Below are positions 9,974 to 20,430 of a stretch of 64,000 bases of DNA, one piece after another. Below the pieces are notes generated by a model that saw only the letters and a list, made by a program, of their open reading frames with translations, did no database searches and had not been told where the DNA came from. The stretch is from assembly GCA_965214775.1 (NCBI GenBank), contig OZ243974.1:2720001-2784000 (forward strand). The letters are read 5' to 3'. Made by a program: the position numbers and the translations under genes. Each line of letters begins with the position of its first letter. Positions within the stretch are counted from its first letter, which is position 1. This DNA comes from Nitrosopumilus sp. (GTDB lineage: Archaea > Thermoproteota > Nitrososphaeria > Nitrososphaerales > Nitrosopumilaceae).

Positions 9974-11137
9974 ATGGAGACCAAAAATATCGGCCTAAGA
10001 GGAATCGAGGTGGCAGATACGAGGATTTCCAACATTGATGGGGAAAAAGGCAAGCTGATCTATCGTGGCTATGACATTTTAGATCTCACAAAAAATTCCA
10101 CATTTGAAGAAACCGCATTTCTGTTACTTTATGACCACCTTCCAACCAAACTGCAGTTAGACGAATTTACTGCAAAACTGGTTGATGCCAGATTCATTCC
10201 AAAGCAGATGCAAAAGAACATGGGCAACTGGAGAAAGGATGCAGACCCAATGGACATGCTTCAGGCATTCGTTTCAGCTCTGGCAGGATACTATGATGAA
10301 GAGTTTGCCAGCAAGGAAGCAAGTTATGACAAAGCGATCAACCTCATTGCAAAGGTTCCGACAATCATTGCAAGCTGGCAGAGGATCAGAAACGGGCTGG
10401 ACATTGTTGATCCAGACTCCTCTCAAAGTCATGCTGCAAACTTCCTATACATGATGTCAGGAGAAAAGCCAGACCCCGAAGTCGAGAGGGTTTTTGACGT
10501 GTGTCTTATTTTACACGCAGATCACACATTTAACGCATCTACATTTACAGCTAGACAGGTCGCATCGACTAGAGCTCACATGTATTCTGCATCAAGCGCA
10601 GCAATAGGGGCACTAAGCGGGGAATTGCACGGAGGGGCAAACACCGAAGTCATGAAGATGCTTTTAGAGATCGGGGAGGTTGGCAAAGTAGAAGAATGGA
10701 TAAAAAAGAATCTTGACGGCGGTCAAAGAATCATGGGAATGGGTCATGCAGTTTACAAGACATATGACCCAAGAGCACAGGTTCTAAAGGAACTATCAAG
10801 GAAACTTGCAGAGAAGACCAAAGAGAGATGGTTTGACATGACAGAAAAGGTAGAGACGGCAACCATCTCCCACATGAAATCTCAAAAAGGCAGAGACATT
10901 TATCCAAACGTGGATTTGTACAGTGCATCAATTTACTACATGCTAAAAATCCCAGTCGATCTGAACACGCCGATCTTTGCAATCTCCAGGGTTGCGGGAT
11001 GGGCAGCTCACATCATCGAAGAAAAGTTTGCAGAAGCCGCACCAAAGCCGGCACTGTACAGGCCAAAGGCAGTTTATGTCGGAAAGTATTGCGGGCCGCA
11101 AGGTTGCAAATATCAGACACTAGACTTGAGGAAATAA
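9974..11137 (+). CDS. gltA: Citrate synthase
   Basis: GLRGI, LHADHTFNAST, GELHGGAN, GMGHAVYK..DPR, YPNVDLYS motifs. Confidence 0.96.
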   Translation: METKNIGLRGIEVADTRISNIDGEKGKLIYRGYDILDLTKNSTFEETAFLLLYDHLPTKLQLDEFTAKLVDARFIPKQMQKNMGNWRKDADPMDMLQAFVSALAGYYDEEFASKEASYDKAINLIAKVPTIIASWQRIRNGLDIVDPDSSQSHAANFLYMMSGEKPDPEVERVFDVCLILHADHTFNASTFTARQVASTRAHMYSASSAAIGALSGELHGGANTEVMKMLLEIGEVGKVEEWIKKNLDGGQRIMGMGHAVYKTYDPRAQVLKELSRKLAEKTKERWFDMTEKVETATISHMKSQKGRDIYPNVDLYSASIYYMLKIPVDLNTPIFAISRVAGWAAHIIEEKFAEAAPKPALYRPKAVYVGKYCGPQGCKYQTLDLRK

Positions 11138-11140
11138 TCT

Positions 11141-11347
11141 TTAATTTCTTGTGCCAAGCCAATCTTTTGCCTTAGAGTTCACATCATATTTGTACAAAAC
11201 TTCAAAGACCATATCATAAAATGAGATGCCTTTTTTCTGGGCCTGATCATCTAACCACTTTATTCCGTCAGCCAGTTCAGGATCATACTCTGAGAATTCG
11301 ACTAGTTCGTCTACTATCCTTGAGAAGCAGGTGCGGGATTCAAGCAT
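11141..11347 (-). CDS. Small conserved hypothetical protein (likely start MLESRTC)
   Basis: C-terminal 68 aa of ORF 11141..11428; similar ISFYDM motif to the 9672..9881 protein. Confidence 0.55.
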   Translation of the reverse strand: MLESRTCFSRIVDELVEFSEYDPELADGIKWLDDQAQKKGISFYDMVFEVLYKYDVNSKAKDWLGTRN

Positions 11348-11874
11348 AGTTGTACATTTCAATCTGTGATCATAAGGGATGTATTCAAAATATGTTGATA
11401 AAAAACCACTTTTTGATTGACTTATCATACTGTTAATTAACGATGGTCACGCCTGTTGATGTATGAGAGAGGGTATATAATCATACTACAGGGTGGTCGT
11501 CCCGTTCTAGGACGTCTGCGACAGGCACAATCATTCAAAGCGCCTGACCAGGATGCTCTCAAAGTTTGACACCGCCGGTATGGAGATTCGGCCCGTAGAG
11601 TACCGGGAGAGATACCGCGACGAGTTCGGCGGTGGCATAGCTCTGGCGTCTCGATGTTGGTGTTGAGGTGCTCATGACTATCCCTATCTTGTCCTGCGTA
11701 TTCCATGTTTTCTTGGTCATTTTGTGATTCGACCTCCTTATTCAAAAAGTGTGCATTGCAGATCGTTCCTTCTTTTTTGGGGTCCGCACCAGATCGTAGC
11801 CACATGTGTCTCAAAAACAAAGTTCAGAGGGTGTCAGAATAAACGGCAATGCAAACAAACTACCCCAGAAAGGA

Positions 11875-12795
11875 TCAGTCATAGGGCGAGGGCATAGACC
11901 TCTGAAGATCGATCTCGCCCCGGAGCACACTCATGCCCTCCTGAGAGGCCATGCTGTATATGTGCTCCATGGCACCGACAAAATCCTCCTCGCCCCTCCA
12001 GAACGGAAACCCGCCCAGATGCTTGGGCAGGACTGCATGTGTCGCCGGGATCGACGCGTCCCATTGGTTGTGGGTGCCGTGATCGGCGCCCCAGAAGGCG
12101 TCAGGATCGGCGGGAAGTGGTTCGGCCTTGTGCTGCCTTCTGTTTTTGGATCCTGTCTTGTGCACAGGCTTGAGGCCGGCAGCCCCCAGCAGGTCATCCC
12201 TCTCGAATCCGCGCAGCCTGAATATTAGGAACGGATTGCGCTCTAGCCTGTCGGCAAGCAGGAAGACGGCCGCCCCCACATGGACGCATGGCCCGGGCAT
12301 GCGGCCGCACATGCACCTTACCGTGGAATCGGCCTTGCCCGGAAGCAGACGCAGGCCGGCTGCCGCGAACACCTTCTCGATGTCATCGGGCATCTGGCCT
12401 GAGGCGATCTTTGAGGCCGCGGCAGGCCTCGCCAGGAGCGCCGCGGCCAGTGCCTTCAGTCCGGACTCGTCCACCGTGTCGATCCGTATGTCCACCCAAT
12501 AGATGTATCCATTGGCCACCTGTACGCCCACGCGCACCTCGCCCTTGCGCATATATGCCATTCTTGCCTTTCTATCCACCACGTACTTTCTGCCGTGGCT
12601 TGCGGAGGCACGACTTTGAAAGGTACTGGGCATGCCGATCAGGCGATCGACCCACCATGTGTATTTCATGCCGCGAACCCTCTTGGACACCGCTATCCGG
12701 GATGCCGCATCCCGACCCTGCTGGGCCATGTCCTGATGATCCCTGAGATTGGGATCCGATGTCCACACCCATTCCCGTCCTCCGTATCTGTTCAT
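11875..12795 (-). CDS. SWIM zinc-finger protein (Snf2 partner)
   Basis: CMCG...PCVHVGAAVFLLADRLERNPFLIFRLRG motif; ATG overlaps Snf2 stop (ATGA). Confidence 0.87.
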   Translation of the reverse strand: MNRYGGREWVWTSDPNLRDHQDMAQQGRDAASRIAVSKRVRGMKYTWWVDRLIGMPSTFQSRASASHGRKYVVDRKARMAYMRKGEVRVGVQVANGYIYWVDIRIDTVDESGLKALAAALLARPAAASKIASGQMPDDIEKVFAAAGLRLLPGKADSTVRCMCGRMPGPCVHVGAAVFLLADRLERNPFLIFRLRGFERDDLLGAAGLKPVHKTGSKNRRQHKAEPLPADPDAFWGADHGTHNQWDASIPATHAVLPKHLGGFPFWRGEEDFVGAMEHIYSMASQEGMSVLRGEIDLQRSMPSPYD

Positions 12796-15700
12796 ATCCT
12801 GATTGCCTCCGTACTCAGGGCCAGCACCTCGCGGATGTCCCTGTCTGAGAGCTTTGTCAGCCAGCCCTCGCCGGTTCCGACGACCTCGTCTGATATCTTC
12901 TGCTTGTGGCGCATCAGCTCGTCTATCCTCTCCTCCAGCGTGCCAGAGCATATCATCTTGTGCACCTGTACGTTGCGCTTTTGTCCTATGCGGAAGGCCC
13001 TGTCGGTTGCCTGGTTCTCGACGGCGGGGTTCCACCACCTGTCGAAGTGGAACACGTGGCTTGCCGCCGTCAGGTTGAGGCCCGTGCCGCCTGCCTTGAG
13101 GGATGCCACGAGTACGCTGGCACCCCCCTCCTGGAACCGCTCCACCAGGGCATCGCGCTGCCTTCGAGGCACCCCGCCGTGCAAGAACAGCACCTCGCGG
13201 CCCGACGTCTCGCGTATGTGCCGCTGTAGGATCTCGCCCATCTCGACGAACTGGGTGAACACGAGTGCCTGCTCGCCTGACTCTATGATCTCACCGAGCA
13301 TATCCGTCAGCCTTGCAAGCTTGCCGGACCTGTCCGGTATGGCCGAGCCGTCCTTGAGCAGGTGCGCCGGGTGGTTGCAGGCCTGCTTGAGTTTGGTCAG
13401 TGCTGCCAGTATCAGGCCCTTTCGTCGTATGCCGCCTGCATCGCGCATCATCTCCTCCAAATCCGAGAGTACTGCGGCATACAGGGAGGCCTGCTCGCGG
13501 GTCAGCGAGCAGTACACGTTGAATTCCATCTTTTCTGGCAGATCCGAGATCACCGACCTGTCTGTCTTGAGCCTGCGTAGCATGAATGGGCCGACTATCC
13601 TCCTGAGCGTCCCGGCCGCCTCCGTGTCGTGCTCCTTCTGTATGGGGACGAGAAACCTGCGCCTAAAGCCGGCCCGGGTACCGAGCAGTCCGGGGTTGAG
13701 AAACTCCATTATCGACCAGATGTCGCCGACGCTGTTCTCAACGGGTGTTCCTGTCAGCGCGAATTTGAAGCCTGCGTCAAGCGTCCTGACTGCGCGCGCC
13801 TGTTCTGTGTCGGGATTTTTGATGTTCTGTGCCTCGTCAAGCACCACCCCGCCCCACGGCTCTAGTCCGACGGATCCGGCATCGCGTCGTACCAGCCCGT
13901 AGCTGGTTATCACGACGTCGTGTTTTTTGACCTCCCTTGAAAACGCGCCTCCCCTCTTGCGGCTCGCACCGTGGTGGATCATGACAGACAGCCCCGGGAC
14001 AAACCGGGAGGCCTCTTTCTTCCAGTTGTCCATGACTGATGTGGGACAGACGACGAGTGCCGGCTGTCCGCCGTCTGAGATGTGCCGCCGGATCAGCGCG
14101 AGCACCTGGATAGTCTTGCCAAGCCCCATGTCGTCTGCCAGGCACCCGCCCAGGCCGGCCTCACGCAGGAACGACAGCCACGAGTAGCCACGGGCTTGGT
14201 ACGGCCGCAGCGTCCCGGCAAACCCGTCAGGCTGCGGCAGCTCCTCCATGGTCTTGCTCCCGCGCAGCAGCCTGATCATGCCCCCGATCCTGGCGTCGCG
14301 GCCTGACACGTCTATCTCCTGCCCCCCGGACGCGTCGCCCGCGCCGAGCCCCGTCGCTATGTAGTCGCGAACCGTCATCGTCTTGTTTCTCTTTACAAAG
14401 TCAGCGGCCCGCCGGAGCTGGCCGGATCCCGTGTCGACCCATCGGCCATGCACCCTGACCAGCGGCCTCTTCTCCATGGCAAGCTTCTGCAGCTGCGCAA
14501 GCGTGATCCGCCGGTTCCCGAGGGCCAGCTTCCAGTCGAACCTGACTATGGAGCGCATATCCAGCATGCCGCCGCCTCGCGCCGCGGTTCTCGCCTCTGC
14601 CCGCATTGAGATGTTGGTCCTTGTACGGCCGCTTGACCACCACTGCGGCGTCATGATGCCGTATCCGAGCTGTTCGAGGACTGGTGCCTCAGAGCTGAGA
14701 AATCTGTACGCCCCGGCCACGTCCACCGTGTGTCCCCTGACCCCGTGCTCCCCGAGGCCATCAGACATTCCAGAGACGATCTTGGAGACGCGTCCCAGTG
14801 ACTCAAGCAGAAGCTGCCTTGCGCGCGTGCCGTCCAGCCCGGCGATTTTGGCCTTGCCATTCCATATCCTGCAGGCAGGAATGGTGACCTCTGGATCCCT
14901 GCGTGGCTGCACTAGATACTTGATGAACCACGGCCCGTGACCTCCTGCATTCTTTCTGGGCTCCTCTAGCCGGAGGCAGAGCCTCAGCGGCGGATCCGCG
15001 GGAGCCGTGTCCGATCTCCACTTGCGTACCATTGTCTCAAGATTGGCCGCGTCCGTCGAGGTATCCATGTAGCCGCTTCCCGTTCTCAGGCCGTCCAGCC
15101 ATTCGTCATATATGCTTGTAAATCTCATCCGCCTCATGTATCTGCTTGGCGCCGCGGCCCACGCGGCCCGACGCACCATGCCGTTGATCATCACCGTTAT
15201 TGCCCTCTTGAGGATCGAGGTGGCCGGCTCGGATGGCTTGTCATTCGGGCTACTGCTCAGTGCGCGGGCGGCAGCAGGCATGGCCTTGGCCAAGGCGGCA
15301 TGCCGCCTTTCATCACCACCTGAAAACACGGGAACCCACGAGGCGGCAAAACTGCTCTTGCCGGCGACCAGATCTGGCAGGAATCGCTGGCGCGCCACCA
15401 GGTACCCTGCAAAGCTCATGACCTCAGACCAATATGCCAGATCCGGGCCGACGGTCATGCCTGCTATGGCATCCCGGTTGCGCGCAACCTCCGAGAGTAT
15501 CCCCATAGCGTTGTCCCAGGAAATATTCAGCGTGTCTATATACCACTGCATGAGACTGATCCTAGCACCTGATCGCGGCCGTTCGGCGGCGCTGCCAGAT
15601 GGGAGTGGCTCTCCTCCGCTACTCGGGAGCCATATGTACCCACTGCCATAATACTGGTACATGCCTTCCCGGGCCGCGCGCGGCCAGAGCGCGCTGATTA

Positions 15701-15824
15701 TGCTCCGCGTGTACATGGAGTGTGGATGCTTGCCGCTACGTGTAGATCTGCGTGCCGGGCCGTCGACCAACTCGCCCCACAGCGCCATGTGGTCACCCAT
15801 CTGACACGCGTGCAGGATAGTCAT
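12792..15824 (-). CDS. SWI2/SNF2-family ATPase (SSO1653/YwqA-like)
   Basis: LRPYQ, LADDMGLGKT, DEAQ, LTGTPVEN, WWNPAVENQATDRAFRIGQ. Confidence 0.95.
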   Translation of the reverse strand: MTILHACQMGDHMALWGELVDGPARRSTRSGKHPHSMYTRSIISALWPRAAREGMYQYYGSGYIWLPSSGGEPLPSGSAAERPRSGARISLMQWYIDTLNISWDNAMGILSEVARNRDAIAGMTVGPDLAYWSEVMSFAGYLVARQRFLPDLVAGKSSFAASWVPVFSGGDERRHAALAKAMPAAARALSSSPNDKPSEPATSILKRAITVMINGMVRRAAWAAAPSRYMRRMRFTSIYDEWLDGLRTGSGYMDTSTDAANLETMVRKWRSDTAPADPPLRLCLRLEEPRKNAGGHGPWFIKYLVQPRRDPEVTIPACRIWNGKAKIAGLDGTRARQLLLESLGRVSKIVSGMSDGLGEHGVRGHTVDVAGAYRFLSSEAPVLEQLGYGIMTPQWWSSGRTRTNISMRAEARTAARGGGMLDMRSIVRFDWKLALGNRRITLAQLQKLAMEKRPLVRVHGRWVDTGSGQLRRAADFVKRNKTMTVRDYIATGLGAGDASGGQEIDVSGRDARIGGMIRLLRGSKTMEELPQPDGFAGTLRPYQARGYSWLSFLREAGLGGCLADDMGLGKTIQVLALIRRHISDGGQPALVVCPTSVMDNWKKEASRFVPGLSVMIHHGASRKRGGAFSREVKKHDVVITSYGLVRRDAGSVGLEPWGGVVLDEAQNIKNPDTEQARAVRTLDAGFKFALTGTPVENSVGDIWSIMEFLNPGLLGTRAGFRRRFLVPIQKEHDTEAAGTLRRIVGPFMLRRLKTDRSVISDLPEKMEFNVYCSLTREQASLYAAVLSDLEEMMRDAGGIRRKGLILAALTKLKQACNHPAHLLKDGSAIPDRSGKLARLTDMLGEIIESGEQALVFTQFVEMGEILQRHIRETSGREVLFLHGGVPRRQRDALVERFQEGGASVLVASLKAGGTGLNLTAASHVFHFDRWWNPAVENQATDRAFRIGQKRNVQVHKMICSGTLEERIDELMRHKQKISDEVVGTGEGWLTKLSDRDIREVLALSTEAIRI

Positions 15825-15933
15825 ATGGTGGAATCACAGGAGGGCTTTCATAAGCGTGTCGTTGATCGTTTGCGTCTGTCTTGTACAGAAATTAGATCCG
15901 CCCAAGGCGTACGATCGCAGCCACATGAGTCTC

Positions 15934-16025
15934 AAAAAGTACAACTTCAGGTCCTATTTATACTGGCAAGCAAATACTTCCTAGATTCCTAGGCGGTTTA
16001 AATAGGACCTGAAGTTGTACTTTTT
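15934..16025. repeat. 27-bp perfect inverted repeat with 38-bp spacer
   Basis: AAAAAGTACAACTTCAGGTCCTATTTA (15934-15960) and its reverse complement (15999-16025). Confidence 0.92.
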
Positions 16026-16027
16026 TT

Positions 16028-17614
16028 CTATTTTATCTGGTTTCTTCTAACGGTCCTGTTGTATGCAACGCCAAATCTGTGGGTCTCATCTCTTACATGC
16101 TGTAAAATTTGAAGCGACGGCTTTGTCTTTGAAATTACTATCGGAGTTTTTCTTTTTGGAACAAATACTTCCTCGTTTTCCTTGGCAAGCGAGACACACG
16201 GCAACTCTAGTCCCAGTGCAGCCAGGGATTTTACTGCGGCATTTAGCTGTCCTTTTCCCCCGTCAACAACAACAAGATCAGGCATTTCAGAACCTTCTTC
16301 TGCAAGTCTATAGTATCGCCGTTTGATTATCTCGCCGATCATTGCAAAGTCATCACGTCCTTGAACCGTTTTGATTTTAAATTTCCGGTATCCGGATTTG
16401 TTTGGCTTTCCGCCGACAAATTGAGACATCGAACCTACTGCAAAGTCATCACCGTGATTAGAAACATCAAAGCATTCCATGACGTTTGGAATCGTCGGTA
16501 GGCTAAGAACGTCTTTGAGTTCAACCAGCCCCGGATCGCCTCCCTTGGAGTGGACCAGATTGATGTTTTTTATAATCAGGCTTATGATGTCCTTTTTCTT
16601 TCCTTTGGCTGGAAGAGTGATTTTTACTGCAAATCCAGCTTGTTCAGACAGCAGTGATTCCAGTAATTTTTGGTTTTCAGGCAATTCGCTTACTATGACA
16701 AGCTTTGGGATTTTGTGTGTCGAGTAATACTGGTAAAGAAAATTGGAAAACGAATTATCACCAACTAGATCAAAAAAGAATTTATCGCTGTCACGAATCA
16801 CTCCGTTAATCATTCTAAAATTCATTACAACTGCAGACTGTCCCTGAATTCCAATTCCAAAGTATTCCTCATCAGAATTTTCGACATATTCCATTTTCTG
16901 CCCGGTCTGAAGGCTTCCTAATCGAATCAGGGTATCACGAATCTCCTTGGCGCGCTCAAATTGTTGCAGTTCAGCTGCCTGGCGCATCTGCTCTTCTAGT
17001 TTCTTTGCAAAGACCCTGGTTTGATTTTTTCCCCTTAGAACGTCTTCTAGGGCTTTGACATGTTTGGAATATCCCTCCTGAGCTTCTCTGAATTGACACG
17101 GGCCCTCACAGTTTCCAAGGTGGTATTCCAAGCAGACTTTTTTGGGCAGGGTCTTGCAGATTCGAATTTGGAATGCCTTTCGCAACGCGCCAATGGTTAG
17201 AAGTTTGGAGCTTCCCTGGGTAAAAGGCCCATAGGTTCTTCCCTTTCCTAGAAATTTTCCATCACGTGTACGTCTTGCCACTAGCAGGCGGGGGTATTTT
17301 TCGTCAGAAACCCTAAGATACGTGTATCGTTGCTGGTCTTTTAGTTCGATGTTGAATCGCGGGCGATATTTTTTGATCATGTTTGATTCAAGTAAGAATG
17401 CCTCACTTTCATTATCAGTCAAAACAAACTCAATCTCATCAATGCTTTGAACTAATTTTTGAGTCTTGTAGTTTTGGTTTTTCAAAAAATATGACTTTAC
17501 ACGTTTTCGAAGATTCTTTGCCTTGCCAATGTAGATGATCTTCCCGTCAGAATCTTTCATCATGTAGATGCCAGGATTGGTAGGAATGGCGGTTTTTGCT
17601 ATGTCAAAGGTCAT
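16028..17614 (-). CDS. uvrC: Excinuclease ABC subunit C
   Basis: GIY-YIG (PGIY...YIGKAKNL), RNase H-like domain with DGGKGQL, RDETHRF. Confidence 0.96.
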   Translation of the reverse strand: MTFDIAKTAIPTNPGIYMMKDSDGKIIYIGKAKNLRKRVKSYFLKNQNYKTQKLVQSIDEIEFVLTDNESEAFLLESNMIKKYRPRFNIELKDQQRYTYLRVSDEKYPRLLVARRTRDGKFLGKGRTYGPFTQGSSKLLTIGALRKAFQIRICKTLPKKVCLEYHLGNCEGPCQFREAQEGYSKHVKALEDVLRGKNQTRVFAKKLEEQMRQAAELQQFERAKEIRDTLIRLGSLQTGQKMEYVENSDEEYFGIGIQGQSAVVMNFRMINGVIRDSDKFFFDLVGDNSFSNFLYQYYSTHKIPKLVIVSELPENQKLLESLLSEQAGFAVKITLPAKGKKKDIISLIIKNINLVHSKGGDPGLVELKDVLSLPTIPNVMECFDVSNHGDDFAVGSMSQFVGGKPNKSGYRKFKIKTVQGRDDFAMIGEIIKRRYYRLAEEGSEMPDLVVVDGGKGQLNAAVKSLAALGLELPCVSLAKENEEVFVPKRKTPIVISKTKPSLQILQHVRDETHRFGVAYNRTVRRNQIK

Positions 17615-20430
17615 TTTTTCAATAGTCTTTTGAGATATTTCCCCGTATAACTGCCAGGTGCCTCGCTGACCTGCCGAGGAGTCCCGGCGGCAACAATCCT
17701 GCCCCCCTCGTCTCCCCCTTCTGGTCCAAGATCAATCAACCAGTCAGAATTCTTGATAACATCCATGTTATGCTCAATGACGACTACGGTGTTGCCCAAG
17801 TTTACCAATCGATTCAAGACATCAAGCAGCTTTTGAACATCGGCAAAATGAAGGCCAGTCGTAGGCTCATCAAGAATATAGAAGGTATTTCCCGTACCCC
17901 GCTTTGATAATTCCGAGGCCAATTTTACCCTCTGGGCTTCCCCGCCAGACAATGTCGTAGATGATTGTCCCAGCTTGATGTAGCCCAATCCGACATCATA
18001 TATTGTCTGCAACTTTCTTTTGATTGCAGGAACGTTTTCAAAAAAGTTCAATGCCTCATATACTGTCATATCTAGCACATCAGAGATGCTTTTGCCCTTG
18101 TACAATACAGACAGGGTTTCTGAATTGTATCTTTTGCCCTTGCACTCGTCACATTTTACATATACATCAGACAGGAACTGCATTTCGATTTGTTTTACGC
18201 CATCACCATCACATGCAAAGCATCTTCCGTCTGCCACATTAAATGAAAATTGTCCTGGCGCATACCCACGCTCTCTGGACAATTCTGTGCTTGCATACAG
18301 TTCCCTTATCGGTGTAAATGCGCCGATATATGTTGCAGGATTTGAACGCGGGGTTCGGCCAATCGGAGACTGGTCAATTGCAATTACCTTGTCGATGTTT
18401 TCTAGACCGGTAATTTCTTTATGATTGCCCGGTCTCTTGTTTGATTTGTAAAAGTGGTTTTCAAGTGCTTTGAGCAGGATATCGTTTACCAGAGTAGACT
18501 TGCCAGAACCAGAAACCCCGGTAACAGACACGAACAGTCCCAACGGAATCTCAACATCAATTGCCTTGAGGTTGTTTTCAGCTGCTTTCTTTATTTTTAG
18601 AGAGCCTGAAGGATTTCTAATTTTTTCATCCAGTTTGATCAGCGAGTCATCTTTCAGATAGTTGCCTGTTACTGATTTGTGCCCGTTTAGAATTTGATCA
18701 ACTGTCCCCTCAAAGACAACGTTTCCCCCATGAACGCCGGCACCTGGTCCCAAATCGACCATCCAGTCCGAATTCCGTATAATTTCCTCGTCATGCTCTA
18801 CCACAATAACGGTATTTCCCAGGTTTCGTAGCTTTATCAGCGTTTTAATTAGTCGCTCATTGTCACGCTGGTGCAGTCCAATTGTGGGCTCGTCAAGAAC
18901 GTACAGGACTCCGGTGAGATTAGAGCCGATCTGGGTGGCCAGGCGAATCCTTTGGGACTCGCCTCCAGACAGAGTGGAGCTTGGTCTGTTTAACGTAAGG
19001 TAGTTTAATCCGACATTCATTAAAAATTCAAGACGTTCTCTGATTTCCTTAAGAACGTCCCGTGCAATGTATTGCTCAGTTCTCGTCAATTTCAACGTAG
19101 AAAAAAAGTCATAGCAGTGATCAATTGACATGTCGCAGACATCCATGATTCCCTTTTTGTTAATTTTTACTGCAAGCGATTCGGGCTTGAGTTTGTTTCC
19201 ATCACAGACATTGCAGGGGGTATCCCGCATGAACTGCTTTAGCCATTCGCGCTTTGATTCAGAATCAGTTTCCATAAAGACACGCTGAAGATTAGGCAGC
19301 ACGCCTTCAAACGCATCGGTATATTGCCAGGAAGAATCCCCGGATTTCGAGCGGTACTTGAAATCAATCAGGTCATCAGTCCCACGAAGAATTACTTCAA
19401 GATGCCTTGGTTTTATCTTGTTTATCGGAGTCATCAAATCAAACCCAAATTTTTTTCCCACTGCCCGCAGTGCCTGTCTTCTAAAGGAAGAGAACCTTCC
19501 GCTCCATGGAACTATTGCTCCATCAAGAATGGATTTTGCTTTGTCAGGGACTACCAAGTCAGGATCAAATTCTAGCTTGACTCCAAGGCCGTTGCATGTT
19601 TTGCACATTCCAAACGGGGAGTTGAACGAAAAGGTCCTTGGTTCCAATTCACCAACTGTCAGGCCGCAATAAGGACATGCGTTGTTTTGGGAAAAGATTT
19701 TTTCGGTTTTCTCAGACGCAATCATCACGTCCCCTTTTGATGCCTTTATGGCAGTCTGAATTGCCTCAAACAGTCTTGAGCGTTCTGCTTTTTCAGCATT
19801 AATTCTGTCTACGACAATCTCGATGTTGTGCCATTTTTGCCTGTCAAGTGGCGGAATCTCCCCGTCTAGGCTCAGAACTTCGCCATTTAGGCGCATTCTA
19901 GAGTACCCGTCACGCCTGATTTGCTCAAATAGTTTTTCATATGTTCCCTTTTTGTGCTGTACGACAGGAGACAGTACGAGAATTTTCCTGCCTCTGAAAT
20001 CCTTGAGAACAGAATCGCATATTGTTTCAACTGACTGTGTGGAGATTTTTCTTCCGCAGTCAGTGCAGTACGGTATTCCGATTCTTGCAAAAAGCAGTCT
20101 CATATAGTCGTAAATCTCAGTAGTCGTTCCAACAGTGGAACGGGGATTCTTGCTAGTTGTTTTTTGCTGGATAGAGATTGCAGGAGACAGCCCTTCAATG
20201 GAATCAACGTCTGGTTTGTCCATCATCTCCAAGAATTGACGTGCATATGCAGAAAGTGATTCCACATAACGTCTTTGGCCTTCAGCATAAATAGTATCAA
20301 ATGCCAGGGTAGATTTTCCCGAACCAGACAGTCCGCTTATTACAACCAGGTTGTTTTTTGGGATGTCAATATCGAGATTTTTTAGGTTGTGGTGACGTGC
20401 ACCGCGAATTTTTAATTTATTTTCTACCAT
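17611..20430 (-). CDS. uvrA: Excinuclease ABC subunit A
   Basis: Two ABC modules (GLSGSGKS, GVSGSGKS, LSGGE), zinc fingers. Confidence 0.98.
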   Translation of the reverse strand: MVENKLKIRGARHHNLKNLDIDIPKNNLVVISGLSGSGKSTLAFDTIYAEGQRRYVESLSAYARQFLEMMDKPDVDSIEGLSPAISIQQKTTSKNPRSTVGTTTEIYDYMRLLFARIGIPYCTDCGRKISTQSVETICDSVLKDFRGRKILVLSPVVQHKKGTYEKLFEQIRRDGYSRMRLNGEVLSLDGEIPPLDRQKWHNIEIVVDRINAEKAERSRLFEAIQTAIKASKGDVMIASEKTEKIFSQNNACPYCGLTVGELEPRTFSFNSPFGMCKTCNGLGVKLEFDPDLVVPDKAKSILDGAIVPWSGRFSSFRRQALRAVGKKFGFDLMTPINKIKPRHLEVILRGTDDLIDFKYRSKSGDSSWQYTDAFEGVLPNLQRVFMETDSESKREWLKQFMRDTPCNVCDGNKLKPESLAVKINKKGIMDVCDMSIDHCYDFFSTLKLTRTEQYIARDVLKEIRERLEFLMNVGLNYLTLNRPSSTLSGGESQRIRLATQIGSNLTGVLYVLDEPTIGLHQRDNERLIKTLIKLRNLGNTVIVVEHDEEIIRNSDWMVDLGPGAGVHGGNVVFEGTVDQILNGHKSVTGNYLKDDSLIKLDEKIRNPSGSLKIKKAAENNLKAIDVEIPLGLFVSVTGVSGSGKSTLVNDILLKALENHFYKSNKRPGNHKEITGLENIDKVIAIDQSPIGRTPRSNPATYIGAFTPIRELYASTELSRERGYAPGQFSFNVADGRCFACDGDGVKQIEMQFLSDVYVKCDECKGKRYNSETLSVLYKGKSISDVLDMTVYEALNFFENVPAIKRKLQTIYDVGLGYIKLGQSSTTLSGGEAQRVKLASELSKRGTGNTFYILDEPTTGLHFADVQKLLDVLNRLVNLGNTVVVIEHNMDVIKNSDWLIDLGPEGGDEGGRIVAAGTPRQVSEAPGSYTGKYLKRLLKK

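Larger units (their letters stand above)
11792..15950. other. GC-rich cassette (Snf2 + SWIM) bounded by imperfect direct repeats
   Basis: GATCG(T/C)AGCCACATG(T/A)GTCTCAAAAA at 11792-11817 and 15913-15938 (24/26); visibly higher GC than flanks. Confidence 0.7.

Noticed and set aside
11437-11820. 127-aa minus-strand ORF beside the Snf2 cassette
   Set aside because: No motif or clear start signal; cannot be supported as a gene.
12796-13038. N-terminal extension of the SWIM ORF
   Set aside because: Overlaps Snf2 out of frame; ATGA coupling at 12795 is the more plausible start.
12595-13902. 435-aa plus-strand ORF
   Set aside because: Antisense shadow of the GC-rich Snf2 gene with no recognisable motifs.
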